From NCBI RefSeq assembly GCF_009834535.1, contig NC_045697.1, forward strand, positions 71,426,001-71,490,000: a DNA stretch of 64,000 nucleotides. Direction: 5' to 3'. The translations under genes were made by a program, and so were the position numbers. Shown here piece after piece: positions 1 to 15,427 of the stretch. The notes beneath the pieces are model-generated. The model was not told where the DNA came from. It did no database searches and saw nothing but the letters and a program-made list of their open reading frames with translations. The first letter of the stretch is position 1, and every line of letters begins with the position of its first letter. This stretch comes from Camelus ferus. Lineage: Eukaryota.

Positions 1-336
1 TCATGATCCATGGGTGGGCCAAGCCAGCTCACCAGGAAACTAGGGGTTTGGAGTCAAAATGCCAGTTAGTGAAAGACTGCGATTGCCTGTCTATAGTCTC
101 TGTGTACTGACCAGACAAGTGTAAAGAAACGTTGTCTGTGGCCATAGTAGATGGCAGGTAGGAAACTCGGGGACTTTGGATTATTGGCTATCTTTTTATT
201 ATTTTTCCACTACAATAGGTTTCCTGTTTTTCCAATAAAATGTATGGAGAGGGAGAGGGCTGGAAATGGAGAAGTGACTGTGTGTGAACTTGGGAACCAT
301 TGAAAAATATGGTTTGTAGATTACAGTCAGATTTTT

Positions 337-2911
<2,575 letters not shown>

Positions 2912-4899
2912 TACAATCAGATTTTTAAAAGGAATTTTTTTTATAAAGCTTAGTAGGGAGCAGGGAAGCAAGTTCTTAAGAAAGAAAAGAATACAACATA
3001 GTTATGTTTTAGGAAGACTAATCTGGCAGCCAGTGACATTTGCTTTAGCACTCATACGATTTCAAGAAAATTAAACAGAATAGATGGTGTTACCTCAGTT
3101 TAATTTATCTTAAATAACTTTCTGGTAGCTGTCTTGGATCAAATTCAAGGAGAGATCTTCAAAGAAGAGAAAAATAAGTCAACCTTTTACTTTCAACATC
3201 AATCTTTTTCATAAAATCTTATGAATTTACTTTGTATCATAATGTAGTTTAATTTTTTTGACAATGAATTAGGATAGGCAACTCATGCTGTATCCCTAGG
3301 AAAGAGTTAAGGTGTATTTCAGACTGTTAGGGAGTTTATATAGTGCACAAAGTGAGTTTTTCAAATATTAATTGTATGTGTGTGCGTGTATGTGCACATG
3401 CAACAGAGAGAAAGAAGAGCAGGGTGAAAGATGCATCCCTATAGTTCATTTGAAAATTCAGTTAGAGATAGTTAATGACTTAGTAGGGAATTTCAAATTT
3501 GAGAAAAAACCAATATAACTCACCCACCATATCCTTTTATATACATTTAGTAATGTGTATATAACTGAATTTTAGGATCTTTGTTCATGTTTTTAAGACA
3601 CATTCAATGGCAAAGTATAGAGAGGAGCTTCCTTAATGACTTAGCAAATCTAATTGCATTAAAATTTGTAGTTGGTGTGAAAGGATTATTTTTCTTTCAC
3701 AGGTGGTATTTAACAACTGTATTCATAGGCACACTAGAAATTCAACCCAGATGACTTTCCTTATAAATGTTTTCTGGAGATACTATTATAAAAAAGAACA
3801 TTAATTCTTTAATCTACTATAGTTTGTTTTCATATATTAAATTGCTGCTCTGAGCTTTTGGGCTCCTGGGAATCAAAATACTAAGAACTGCAAACAACGG
3901 CATTCTGTGTGCCCAAAACCACTCAGCAGCTATTCTGTGACTGAGAAGAACATTTAAGACTCATTTATCAGTGTTCATGGTCAGATTGAGTTAGGTAAAA
4001 ACATTTTAATGATATTAGAGATTATATTGTAATAAAAATTTCTTGGGAAACCTGAAATTAGGTGTGGCATAAGGCCTGTGGAAAAGTATATGGAATTGCT
4101 ACAATATCATATAAATTTTATTTTTATTTCAACATTTATACTACACATTTCTGGGAACTTGTGATCAAAAGAACTAGGTTTAAACTAAACCATCTCACCT
4201 TCTAGCTATGTGACTCTGATCACACTACCTCCCTTTTCTGAGTTTGTTTGTTCCCTAAGGGTAAGACCTATGGCCCAGGGCAACGATAAGCATGAAATAA
4301 AGCATTTTGAAAAGTACCAAAATAGTGTCTGATTCATAATAGCATCTTAGTAAGTGAATTAAATAGAATAATTAATAAGAAAATCTGAATAAAAGAATGA
4401 ATCAGCAGAATAAATCCCTTGTAATGGAGATTGATAAAGTGCCAGCGTCCCTTACTTTATTACTGTACTTCAGACACCACTTAAGAGTCTCATAGAGAGT
4501 TTCCTTTTTTTTTTTTTTTTTTGAGAGTTTGAAATAGAACAGTCATTTGGAAAGACCTCCTGGATTATCTGAAGTTTTTAATCCCACTTTTGTGATCTCA
4601 TTGAATGAATTTGCATTTGAATCACTTATCAAATATTGTATATGTTGGTTCATATAATTTGCTTCTCCCATAAAATACCAAGTAGAATATACATAAATAT
4701 TTGTGGAGTAAAATATCTCATGACTCTAATCTTTGAACATGGTTTGAATCATGCAGTAGAAACTAACTGAATATTTGTTGGATTAGTATCTCACAGGCAA
4801 ATAGTAATTAATTGAATGAATGAAGCTTTGTATATTTTACTCAGGTGTATTACCTCAGAAAATATGAGCAACAAAAATGGTAGGCTTTGTCTAATGGGT

Positions 4900-5720
4900 A
4901 TGTATAGAAACTTAAATCTGCAGAACAGATGAAATTTCTGTAAAATCATCTCATTAATTTCAAATGACTGGAAGCACCCAAACCACATTATATGACCACA
5001 TTGAAATTAATTAAAAAATAACAACAAAATGTAACCAGAAAAAAGCCATTTATCTTTAAACTAAGGAAAGCTTTATCTTATGAGTAAAAATTATAATACA
5101 AGTTAGAAAATATTTATAACAATAATGGAAAAGCTGTATGTATATACAAGAGTTTGGTATACAACCAAAGCAAGACTTAGAAGGAAATATAAAGCCTTAA
5201 TATTTTTACTAGAAAAGGAAGTAATTAATGAGGTAAGCATCTTACTTAAGGAGTTAAAAATTAATAGAAAAAAAGAATAGAAGAAATAAATAATAAATAC
5301 AAGATCTGATATTAATGAAGGAGAAAACAGAAAATATCAGTATATCAAAAAAGAATGAAATCGGCAATCTTTCTGGAAAGATAGATAAAAGAAACAGTAA
5401 AGGGAGAAAAATGTTTTAAATATTAAGAACAAAGAATAAAACTAACAAAAATGTGTAGATTCTGAAAAGATAAGGAATATTATGAACATTTCATGTTAAT
5501 AAATTTGAAATTTTAGACAAAAGGTAACTTAAATCTGATTCAAGAAATGAATATCTGAATGGTCTATAATCTTTAAAGAAGTTAAAATACCAGTTAAAAA
5601 TCTCCCAAAGCAAACTCAAGGGCAAGCTTGGTTTGACAAGAAGGTTATACCAAACTTCCAAGAAACAATCCAAACATTAAAAAAACTCTTTAATAATAAA
5701 GTGAAAAGAGGGAATTTTGT
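4900..5720 (+). mobile_element. Old degenerate L1 (L1M-type) ORF2 fragment
   Basis: A-rich sequence resembling the post-endonuclease region of ORF2 (e.g. CAAAGCAAGACTTAGAAGGAAATATAAAGCC, TTATACCAAACTTCCAAGAAACAA); no intact frame. Confidence 0.7.
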
Positions 5721-6029
5721 TAAATACTATAATAGTTGATAAATGTAAAATATATGTATAACATACATGTATTACATGGTATAGTAATAAAATAAACATA
5801 TTTTATGAACATATCACCAATTCTAAAATCTTAAAAAAACCCAATACTGTTGCCACTGAGTGTTTCTTCTCTATCCTGTCCTGCTGCCTCTCCTAGAGGT
5901 TAGCAGTACCCTGAATTTCATATTTTTTATAACAGAGTTTTAAAAAATTGAAGCACTTAGTTAAAAGGACAGACATGAATACATTTTGACAAATAATTAC
6001 ACATATGTAAATAAGATAAAGAATAATTC

Positions 6030-6640
6030 CATTACACCAAGTAATTCCCTCCTTCCACCAAGACAGCCACTGTTCTCTGCTTCTTCCCATCACCACAGGT
6101 TAGTTTTGTCTGCCCTTGATCTTTGCATCAGTGGACTTATATAACATGTATTCGTGTGTGTGTTTCTTTTGGGATTCATCCATCTTATCTTAGTAGTTCA
6201 TTCCTTTTCATTGCTAAGCAATATCCCAGTGTATAAATATACCACTGTTTGTACATCCATTTTCCTGTCGATGTAATGCCAGACTGTTTTTAGTTTCGGG
6301 TTGCTATGACTAAAAATGATACGAACACCCTTATGCACAACTTTTTGTGGACATACTTTAGCATTACTCATGTAAGTATTTTGAAGTAGAATTGCTGTAT
6401 CAGTGGATATGTGTATCTTTTTTATAAACTGTTTTCCAAAGTGCTTGTACCATTTAACATTCACACAGGAAATGTATGAGAGTTTCAGTTGCTCTCCTTG
6501 CAGTGGAATTTTGGATGTTGCCAATCTTCTGAATTTTAGCCATTGGAGTGTGTGCAAAGTGGTATCCCAATGGAGTTTTAATTTGAATTTCCCTGGCACA
6601 TAATAAGGTTGAACAACTTTTCAAGTGCATGAGTGATTTG
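6030..6640 (-). mobile_element. Old L1 (L1MC/ME-type) ORF2 end and 3' UTR fragment
   Basis: ORF 6198..6599 is a degenerate, frame-shifted read of the ORF2 C-terminus (KFKLKLHWDTTLH..., VNVKWYKHFGKQF); the adjacent sequence resembles an old L1 3' UTR. Confidence 0.8.
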
Positions 6641-7248
6641 GAAAAGAGTACTATGATTTCTGAAAGAGAGTTTTGCTTATTTTGGATATAATTAAAAAAA
6701 AATCCTGAATGTTTTGGGATTAAAAAGATGGCTTCCAGCTTCTCTTCATTATTTTCTTAGAAATCTACAGATTTCTGCATATGTGATGTTTCTCTCTCCT
6801 CTCTTAAAAATAAGGAAATCCCACAGAAATATACAAATGATTCAGGTCAAATGTGAGGGAAAGCTTCAGATGCAAACAACAAGGTGTTAGTGAACTTTAA
6901 ATTATGACCCCCTCATCTGACCAATCAAGTGCTGCCCAAAACTTAATGTATGCAGGAGAAATTAAACTATAAACTCCAACAGAGTTTGGAATTTATAGTT
7001 CCAAACGGGCCTGCCTGAGAGCTTGATAACAACACCTCATTATGTGATTTGAAATATTTTGTAAACAGATGAAATGATATGTAACTACCTATTTCTAAAG
7101 ACAAATTGATGAATTCAATTATAAATTCACTTAAATTGAACAGAGCTCTTGTTTTTACTGAGTTATTGAGTCTAGTAATGCCTATATGAATTTAAAATGC
7201 AAGATTTCATAAATTTCCAGAAACAGAAAAAAAGAAACTTTATATGCT

Positions 7249-7612
7249 TGTTGGGCCAAAACTGAACAGCTGTATGTCAATCAGTGAAGTTGGAACAGTC
7301 ACTCATTCCACACTCAAAAATAAACTCACAACGGCTTAAAGACTTCAATATAAGACAAGACTATAAACTTCTTAGAAGAAAACATAGGCAAAACATTCTC
7401 TGACATAAATCTTAGCAATGTTCTCCTAGGGCAGTCTACCCAGGCAATAGAAATCTAAGCAAAAATAAACAAATGGAACCTAATTAAACTTACAAGCTTT
7501 TGCACAGCAGAGGAAAAGCAAAACAAAAAGACAACGTATGGAATGGGAGAAAATATTTACAGAAGATGAGACTGACAAGGGCTTAATTTCCAGAACATGT
7601 GAACAGCTCATA
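7249..7612 (+). mobile_element. Internal ORF2 fragment of a relatively young L1, with no 3' UTR or tail
   Basis: AAACTTCTTAGAAGAAAACATAGGCAAAACATTCTCTGACATAAATCTT is homologous to the reverse complement of 1500-1600 and 29100-29170 ([13 protein letters not shown]). Confidence 0.9.
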
Positions 7613-7915
7613 ATGCACCACTATTAATTACTTGGTTTGACAACTGAACCAAGGCTGTGTAAGATGTTAACATTAGGGAAACTGAGAAAAAGATATACAG
7701 GAACTCTGAACAAAACTAGATGCAACTTTTCTGTGTATCTAAAAGTATTCCAAAATTAGAAGTTTATTAAAAATATATATTTGGAGAGTGATAAGGGAAA
7801 TGTGGCAAAATATTAAGAATTGGTACATCTAGGCAATAGGTATATGTGGACGTTTACTGGCCAATTTTTTCAACTTTTCTGTAGGTTTAAAATTTGTCAA
7901 AATAAATGTTAAAAG
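7613..7915 (+). mobile_element. Old L1MC/ME-type 3' end fragments (two adjacent)
   Basis: Typical terminal motifs GTAAGATGTTAACATTAGGGAAACTG...TGCAACTTTTCTGT and CAACTTTTCTGTAGGTTTAAAATTT...AAATAAA. Confidence 0.7.
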
Positions 7916-8159
7916 AAAACAAATAAGAGAAAATCACATTAGGAAAAACAAAACAAAAGAAAAGAATTTAAAACATTTACATACTGTATAAATATTAAAA
8001 ATAGTTGATACTATTTCTTATTCAGGTGAATCTTTGAATAATTTATAATGGTTTAATAATTTTGATTTAAAACAATGTATGCCATCTCCCTGATTTTATC
8101 ACAGTGTGAAAAGAATAATATTAACATGTTTTACTTTATTTTATTTAGTAGTGTTTTGG

Positions 8160-8421
8160 TTTATTTATTCATAAAAACTTAATTCTGAAATTTTATTTTC
8201 CTAAACTGATTTTATGGGTAATTTATCATTGTTTCCACAAAATGTTTAGGTAAAATTTGAATATACAACTAAGGCAAATTAGCAGACATATTTATTTATT
8301 CATAAAAAGGTTAATTCTTCTGAAATTTTTAATCTCCTGAACTGATTTTTATGGGTAATTTATCATCGTTTCCACAACATGTTTATGTAAAATTTGAATA
8401 TACAACTAAAGTAAATTAGCA
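8160..8421. repeat. Tandem duplication of a ~125-130 bp AT-rich unit (2 copies)
   Basis: Copy 1 (8160-8284) and copy 2 (8291-8421) both start TTTATTTATTCATAAAAA and end AAATTAGCA, with a 6-bp spacer GACATA. Confidence 0.97.
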
Positions 8422-8634
8422 CTATTGTCTAAAATGGTTTACTATTTAAACTTTTTATCATGCTATGAATCAGTAAGACTAGTTATTCCAAATACACTAT
8501 TTGGATAAAAAAATTATAAATAAAATGTGACTGTCAAGCTAGTAGGCTGAAAAGGATATAAAATACCTTGTCTTAGTATACATGGTTATTATTAACCTTC
8601 ACAGAAGTAAAAGCCATATACTGGCTTTCCCACG

Positions 8635-9090
8635 ATTCAGTCAAGTATTGCCACAATAGTCCTGCTTATCAACTATCCCCAAACTCAGTGGATTAAAGGA
8701 ATATTTATTTCCTTGCTCATATGTCTGCAGGTAGTCTGTACATTAGCTGGGCTATGGTGGGCCCTCAGCTCTGGGATTCAGGCCCCAGGTTCCATTTTCA
8801 TTGTTTTGGGGTCTAGACTAAAGGGCATCAGCCCCCTGGAGCATACTTCTCTGATAGCAGATGGCTGAAGCATAAGAAGACATGCTCTATCGTGTAGGAA
8901 CAGTTCCACCCTCCCCCCGGCCCGGCCTGCATACACTAACATCCCAGTAGCCAAAGCCAGCCACGTGACCAATCCCAAGTCAAAGGACAAAGAAATACAC
9001 TTCACTCACCAAGAGGCCATGGCAAGTATATGAAAGAAAAATGTCACAACAGACGAGTGAATGATTGAATTCAGTAATTTAGTCCACGTT
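8635..9090 (-). mobile_element. MaLR LTR (MLT1-type)
   Basis: Characteristic CCCCAAACTCAGTGG...ATTTATTT...GCTCA and GCCAAAGCCAGCCACGTGACCAATCCCAA blocks; related in inverted orientation to 60909-61312. Confidence 0.75.
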
Positions 9091-9544
9091 ATGTGGACAT
9101 GTATAGTGGGGTGCGGCTGTTTCTGGAACTCGTCTACTCTCACGTGCTTGTCTGTGATGGACAGTCTTCAGTTCATTCCAGGTCTTTTTGGCCTATGACA
9201 GAAGTAATTTCGGTTAAGAGTTGAAACTAATATTGGTGGTGGCGACTCAAATAAATTTAAAAGTTGCAAAGAAATATAAATGTATATAAAGGATAATGGG
9301 TTTGAGTTTTGTCCATGAAGGGAAAAAGGGTAAGTAAATACAATGGTTGGTTATTCTAGAATGTGAAAGACAATAGACTAAGACAAACTGGTGCTCTGTC
9401 ATAACATTTAGAACATCTGAGGCGAAGTGAACCTTGCTTGTCTGATAGTACCTGCGATAGTGAGCTAAAAAATGACCATAAAAGTGTATTTCGTTTTGAC
9501 AGAGTTGACCAGTGTTATGAGTTTATTTTAGAGAAAGTTTCAGT

Positions 9545-9741
9545 TTCCACACACAGCTGGTGTCCTTGTTCCCTCCGTTCATCATTCTTCCACCCCTTGC
9601 CTGCCCCTGGGTGACTCATCACCCCTTACTGCTTCCTTTAATCCTGACTACACCTCCACATATGGTCCCCTCATTTAATTCTGTACAGTTTAAACCCTTG
9701 GAGGGTGACATCTGTTTCCTGCTGGGACCTTGACTGCTGTG
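9545..9741 (+). mobile_element. ERVL LTR 3' fragment (LTR33-like)
   Basis: Ends in CATCTGTTTCCTGCTGGGACCTTGACTG, matching the remembered LTR33 terminus. Confidence 0.65.
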
Positions 9742-11074
9742 TATTTATCACTCTGTTTTGTTTTAGTTTTGACACATTTTAATGTTTAGATTTGATTTTA
9801 TATCCATCAATAACAGTTGTTGAGTAGAGGAAAAAGCTCAAAGTGTAATCATATGATGTCATCTTTTAAATGAAAAAAAATCATGTCCCCAGTGAATATT
9901 TTCAAACATATAGCTATTTAATCAAATGTTTCTCTATGATTTTTTTCCATCTGTCATTTGAGAGACTGAAAGGTACTTCTGAAGTGAAAACCAAAATAGA
10001 TATATTAAAAATGACTCACCTGTCTTTTTTCAGAAGAAACAAACCAATAAAACCCCAATTTCCTCACGCCTTAGGATCTTTTAATGAATGTTCTACTTTT
10101 CCCTTCCTTGGACTCCCACTGCTTCCCTCTGCTCTGGTACAACCTGGTATCTGATAAGAAGGCCCATGGATACATTCTGCACCCGGATGAGAAGAGGGAT
10201 CCCACTTGAGTCTGCAGCTTTAGACGAGTTTCAGACCTAAAGCTGGGGCTGATCTTAGGCATCAGTGCCTGTAGTGAAGGAAATATTTCTGCATCTGCTA
10301 GAAGATGCTTTGATAGCCCTTTACCTCCTTGCCTTAAAGCGGCAAAAAAATCCTTAAAGTAAAGGGAATATTTTCAAGATCATTGCTGTCTGCCAATCAG
10401 AAACATGAGGGACTAATGAACAATCCCTAATTTTGATAAATTGATACAGTGGGAAGTATAGCAGTTCATGACTTAAACCTGGGTGCAAATCCAACCTGAA
10501 CAAGTTATTTATTGGAGGAGGTTATCCAGAGGACGTAACCCATGGCTGGCCTGTGATCTGCCACCTAGACCCAGGCAATGGGAAGCTCTGGGTCCACTCC
10601 CCATCCTGGCATGTTCTGCCCACAATTCCCATAGTGGGAGGCATTTTCAAGGACTCATTTTGAGAGAGCAGTGTGTTGTTGAAACCATCTGGACAATATA
10701 TGTGACTGTATTCAGTTAAGGCTGCTATATAAATTTTGAGATTCTGGCAGGTGGGTATGGAGATTACTAGTCTTGCGGTGGCAGGAGAGAAGCCTCCTTA
10801 GTAAGTTTCCTTGCTTATCGGAACTGCTGCTTACCCATCTAGACTGGCTGCCTCTTTCTTCCCTCTCTCCTTGTCCTCTGCGTCCAAGGGCCAGTTTGTG
10901 ATCAGCATTACTTCACCTTTCCCCATCTCTTCTTTTGCAGTCATGCCTACTTTCCCCCACCGTGCCATGTAGGAAAGGATTACTAAATAACATTTTTTTT
11001 AAACCTCTTATTTATGGAAGAATTTTATTAAGTGAGACTGAAGAGACCTTACGAATTTCCTGTATTATCTTCAG

Positions 11075-11228
11075 CTCTTCCTTGCTCTCTGCTACCTGGT
11101 GACCTTGAGCAAGTGGCTTAAACTTGCATTGCTTCAGTTTCTTCATCTTATAAGGGAGCTCACGTGTGCATGTACCCAGCACATTGCCTGGCTCCTAGGA
11201 GGCATTCAGTAAATACTGTTATTACTAT
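11075..11228 (+). mobile_element. MIR SINE
   Basis: Core GTGACCTTGAGCAAGTGGCTTAA...TCAGTTTCTTCATCT and tail CAGCACATTGCCTGGC...CAGTAAATA. Confidence 0.8.
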
Positions 11229-12139
11229 TTTTGTTACCAGAGAAAGCTCATGTATGAGTGATATTCATGAAACAGGGTAAAGAGGCCCTAAGAGATAAAA
11301 TTGAGAAGAATCCATGAATAAAATAGCCCAAAGAAGAAATATTTAAGAAATAAGATATTGCATTTTGGCCTCAATGTAATTCTCTTTTTCCTTTAAGATT
11401 TCGTTGTGCTGCCTTAACACTGAGTTCACCTGGATGCTTACAAGGCGGTGATCTGCCTGACCCGCAAATGCCTAGGGATGCTCTTGCACCAGATGGTCAG
11501 CAAGAGGGGAAGGCCCTTTTTCCTTAGTAAAATACTTGCATTCTCATATTCACTATTATAATCCTCTGGATAATGGAGTCATAATATTTATCCACCTTGT
11601 AAAGATGTTGACAAACTAAATTAACTTATTTCTTCTTAGAAATATATATTAAAGTGTATGTTCTTAAAATTACTTATTTAAGAAAATCAATCTCTTCTGC
11701 TGCAAACAGATAAAAAGATAGATTTCCCTACATCTCTTGACAGTGATTTGGGGGTTTTCATGAATTTTGAAGGCTTATGAATAAAGAAAAGGGTGTAATC
11801 CCAGCAGTGAGTGGGAAGTTTATGATGAAGAATGACATATGGGTGGATGTCAGCAAGTATCAAGAACATTCATGCAGAGATAAGGGAAGATAACATTCAT
11901 GCATTGTGTGGGAGGAGCTGGCTCAGCTGTCTTAGGGTGCCGTGTGTAGACCATCCTAAGTATCACTAAAGTTCTGGATTCTGCCATATATTTTTCATAT
12001 ATTAACCATGATGAAAAGTTCCCTGGGGGCTTTAACTTTTAAGTGTCTTTCATTCTGATAATTGAATCTCCTCCCTTGGAGTAGAAGAGCTTTCCTACTA
12101 CTATGAATAATAATAAAAACAGCAGCAAATATAACAAAA

Positions 12140-12345
12140 ATAATACCAGCTTAATACATTGCCCTCCTGTGTGAGGCCCTAGTCATCCTGTTGAGTATCT
12201 TGGTGAACCTGTACAGAAGATTTTACTATCCTTATTTTGCGTATGTGGAAGCGGAGGCTCAGGAAGTTAAGACATCTCAACACAGTCACATAGGTTGGGC
12301 AGGGTAGAACTAGGATTCAGACACAAAGCTGAATGTTCACTCCCT
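12140..12345 (-). mobile_element. MIR SINE
   Basis: CTTATTTTGCGTATGTGGAAGCGGAGGCTCAGGAAGTTAAG...GTCACA...AGAACTAGGATTCAGAC is the reverse MIR core. Confidence 0.7.
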
Positions 12346-13784
12346 GTACAATGCCATGCACAACTGGTTTATAGTTTCCATTTCTTCATAAAACAGTAAT
12401 CTTGCAGTGTTCTTTATAGTTAGCATTCTGGATCGTCTATCAGCAGTAGGAAGAGTGGACGTAAAACTCATGAATTATATTGGTTTAATTGCTAGTCATT
12501 GTTTATCCTTTTGGAAATGTTCCAAGAAAATATACTAAGAAAGCCAAGTTGCAAAGAAATAACATACACAATGGAATATTGGTTAAATACGGTTACAAAG
12601 CTTTTCTCTTTTATGATAAATAAATTACAATTTTTAGATGGTACAAATTATAAACACTTTTAAAAATTATTTTTAGTGTTTCCTGAAATATATTTAATTT
12701 TTAAAACTTCTGATGCAAACTCCTGGATCTTTAATTTAAGATAGAAGATATACTGACACGACATGCAGGTTAAATTATGAGGTATCTTTTAATTCTTTTC
12801 TTCCTTGTTTTTCTCCTATCCCTCAGAACCTTCTTTTTTATGCTTTCATTTTAGACCTTAACTTCTAAAATACTTGACTGTGACGGTCCTTGATGTACAA
12901 AGAGGCAAGTTTATAATGGCAAGACACTCGGTTTAAAGTCTCAGGTATGTCAAGTGCATATAAGCATATGTATGGTGAGTGAGAATTTTTCATAAATAAA
13001 TATAATGTCTTTATTATCAGTCTCTTCATAGTGGTAAGAACATTTAAGATACAGAAAGAACCAAATTAGTTAGTGCACACTTCACTTATTTAACTCACAA
13101 AGACTTACGAACAAAGAATATGAACATTGATTCATTCTCAATTGAAAATTTAAACTTAACAGAGAATAGCTTACTTGATACCTTTGAATTTTACTTTTCA
13201 ATATTCAGCAAGCTCATTATCACCATAACTTCATGTGCACAATAAATCCCTTCCTTTAAAGAACTGCTTTTCAAAATATTCAAATATTTGGCCTATGTCT
13301 GTTTTTCTTGCTAGTATCTCAAAAGAGATGTTCCTTTAGGATATTTCCTCTTAAAATACTTTTTAAATGATCTAAATGAGCTTTAATAAATTTATTTGTG
13401 ACTGTTGAACCACTAAGTCAAACTACCCAGAATGCAAGTGAAACAAAAAGTGAAATAAACTTGAATAGTAACACGTAAGCCTGCCTTAAAATATCCATCT
13501 TTGAGGTACAAGTTACATGTTCATGCTATGTTTTTATTGTTCATCAAGGCCAATGAATTTTATTAGGTGAAAAGAGACAAGGCATTATAGAGATAATACA
13601 GTCTGTGCTATATTATATGCTAATTCACATCGATAGAAAAATTTAGTTACTTGCTAAAAGTGAAGATTGAATATACCAGCTTCATAAATGCCATGTTTCA
13701 ATGACTACTTTGTCCCCAAATTCTAGGCAAATCATATACATTTTTGGATGATAATAATCCATGAATGTAAACATAGATGTGACG

Positions 13785-13972
13785 CAGTGGGTTCTCATCT
13801 GGGGTCACTTTAACCCCCAGGAGACATTTTTGTCATCTTGACTTGGAGCATGCTCCTGGCATCTACTGGGTAGAGGCCAAGGGTGCTGGCAAACACCCTG
13901 CAGTGCACAGCCCCCTACACCGCAAGATCATCCAGTCCAGAATGTCAGGTGTGTCATTGTTGAGAAGCCTTA
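13785..13972 (+). mobile_element. MER20 hAT-Charlie MITE
   Basis: CAGTGGGTTCTCA terminus, internal CCTGGCATCTACTGGGTAGAGGCCAAGGGTGCTG, TTGAGAAGCCT end. Confidence 0.88.
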
Positions 13973-14224
13973 ATGTAAAGATGTCTCTAACAATTGTGAT
14001 AGAGCATGAAAAACATCGGGAAGCAGGGATCTGGAGTTCAGAATCCAAAGTTAGTGTATTTGGAGAGGATTAAAGAGCAAGAAGGTACATAAGAATAAGG
14101 AGTAGAAGCAATAAGGCATTGAATATACAGATATCACTATCAGAAACTGAATGCAGTGAAAAGCTAAACTGAGCCAAGTTGTTTGAGTAAGTTATCAAGT
14201 TGCATAAAAACTAGAAAAAGCATT

Positions 14225-14620
14225 AGTTATATATAGGTATTTTAACTTTAAGGCGACAGAGTGATCAGGAGGAAAAGGAAAGTCTTTTTAATAAGTGATA
14301 CTTGAACAACTAAATATCTATATGAACAAAAATGAATGTAAATACTGACTTCACAGCAAACACAAAGATTAACTTGAAGTAGATCAGACTGAAATGGAAA
14401 CCTAAAACTATGAAACTTCTGGTGGAAAACTCAGGAAAAAAATCTTTGTAACCTTGGTTTGTGTGACGGTCTCTTAGAATACAGAAAACAGGAAGCAAAA
14501 CAAATTTTTTTTTGGTTAAATTCAAGTTAATCAAAAGTAAAAATTTTGCTCTTTGAAAGACATTATTAAAGAAACAAAAGAAAAGCCACAAATTGGGAGA
14601 AATACTCACAAAATTTAAAG
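14225..14620 (+). mobile_element. Old L1M ORF2 fragment, interrupted by the ERV LTR
   Basis: GGAAAAGGAAAGTCTTTTTAATAAGTG, AAACCTAAAACTATGAAACTTCT and AAAGCCACAAATTGGGAGAAATA are ORF2 3'-region motifs. Confidence 0.8.
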
Positions 14621-14625
14621 CAGAC

Positions 14626-15025
14626 TGTAAACCTTTAAAACAAAGATAAGCTGTTTAGTCAGCAAAAATGAGTTTATTTGAGAATAGCAGAAGAGTTGCA
14701 ATTTGGGCATGCAAACTGTGGTAAACCACAGCAAAGTCCGGAGAACAAAGGACAGGGGGATACTTTGATAGAGGAAAAGAGAAACTTAGGAGGGGCTGGT
14801 TTGAATGAAAGTTTATTGAAGGAGATTGAGAGTTCTAGGGTTGCAGTGGCTTCTAATTGGCTAACTTGTGGTGATTTATCATCAGCCGGGCTGTTGCTGG
14901 GCAGGGAGAAAGTCTTCGTTCTTCATGCTGGGGTACATAAAGTAAGCTGTGACAGGCAATATAGGTATGAGACCTCCCCTTTCACAGCTTCCTGACTTTA
15001 AATGAGTTTTTTCTTTATTTTCACA
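14626..15025 (-). mobile_element. 3' LTR of the provirus
   Basis: TG...CA termini; preceded on the minus strand by the polypurine tract AAAAGGGGGAAA (15026-15037); AATAAA on the minus strand at 14673-14678. Confidence 0.9.
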
Positions 15026-15427
15026 TTTCCCCCTTTTAACTGAGATATATCCTTGAAAGTATTGCTGATCAAGAATCAGTTTTTCATATTTAGTGGTTTT
15101 GTCCTGGTGTCAGGGAGGACCTTTTCTGGCTGTCATGTTCCACGGCAGAGGAAACGTGTGTAGATTGGAACTATTGAAGCCTCATCTGAGGAACAAGGAC
15201 AGGTAGAAAGGAGAATTCTCAGCCATTTCCCATGCAAAGTCTTTATCTTATTAAGGTCATAAGCATTGGAGAGCATCTCAAAGCATTGAGCTAGCATCAC
15301 CTCATTGGGTACGTCATTTCTACAAGGGTTTGACAGGCAGTGGATACAAAGGTTAAAAAAATTATGCAAAGCAGAATTAAAAGTAATATGATGAATCTGG
15401 CTTTTAGGATGGTTCTAAACTAGGATC

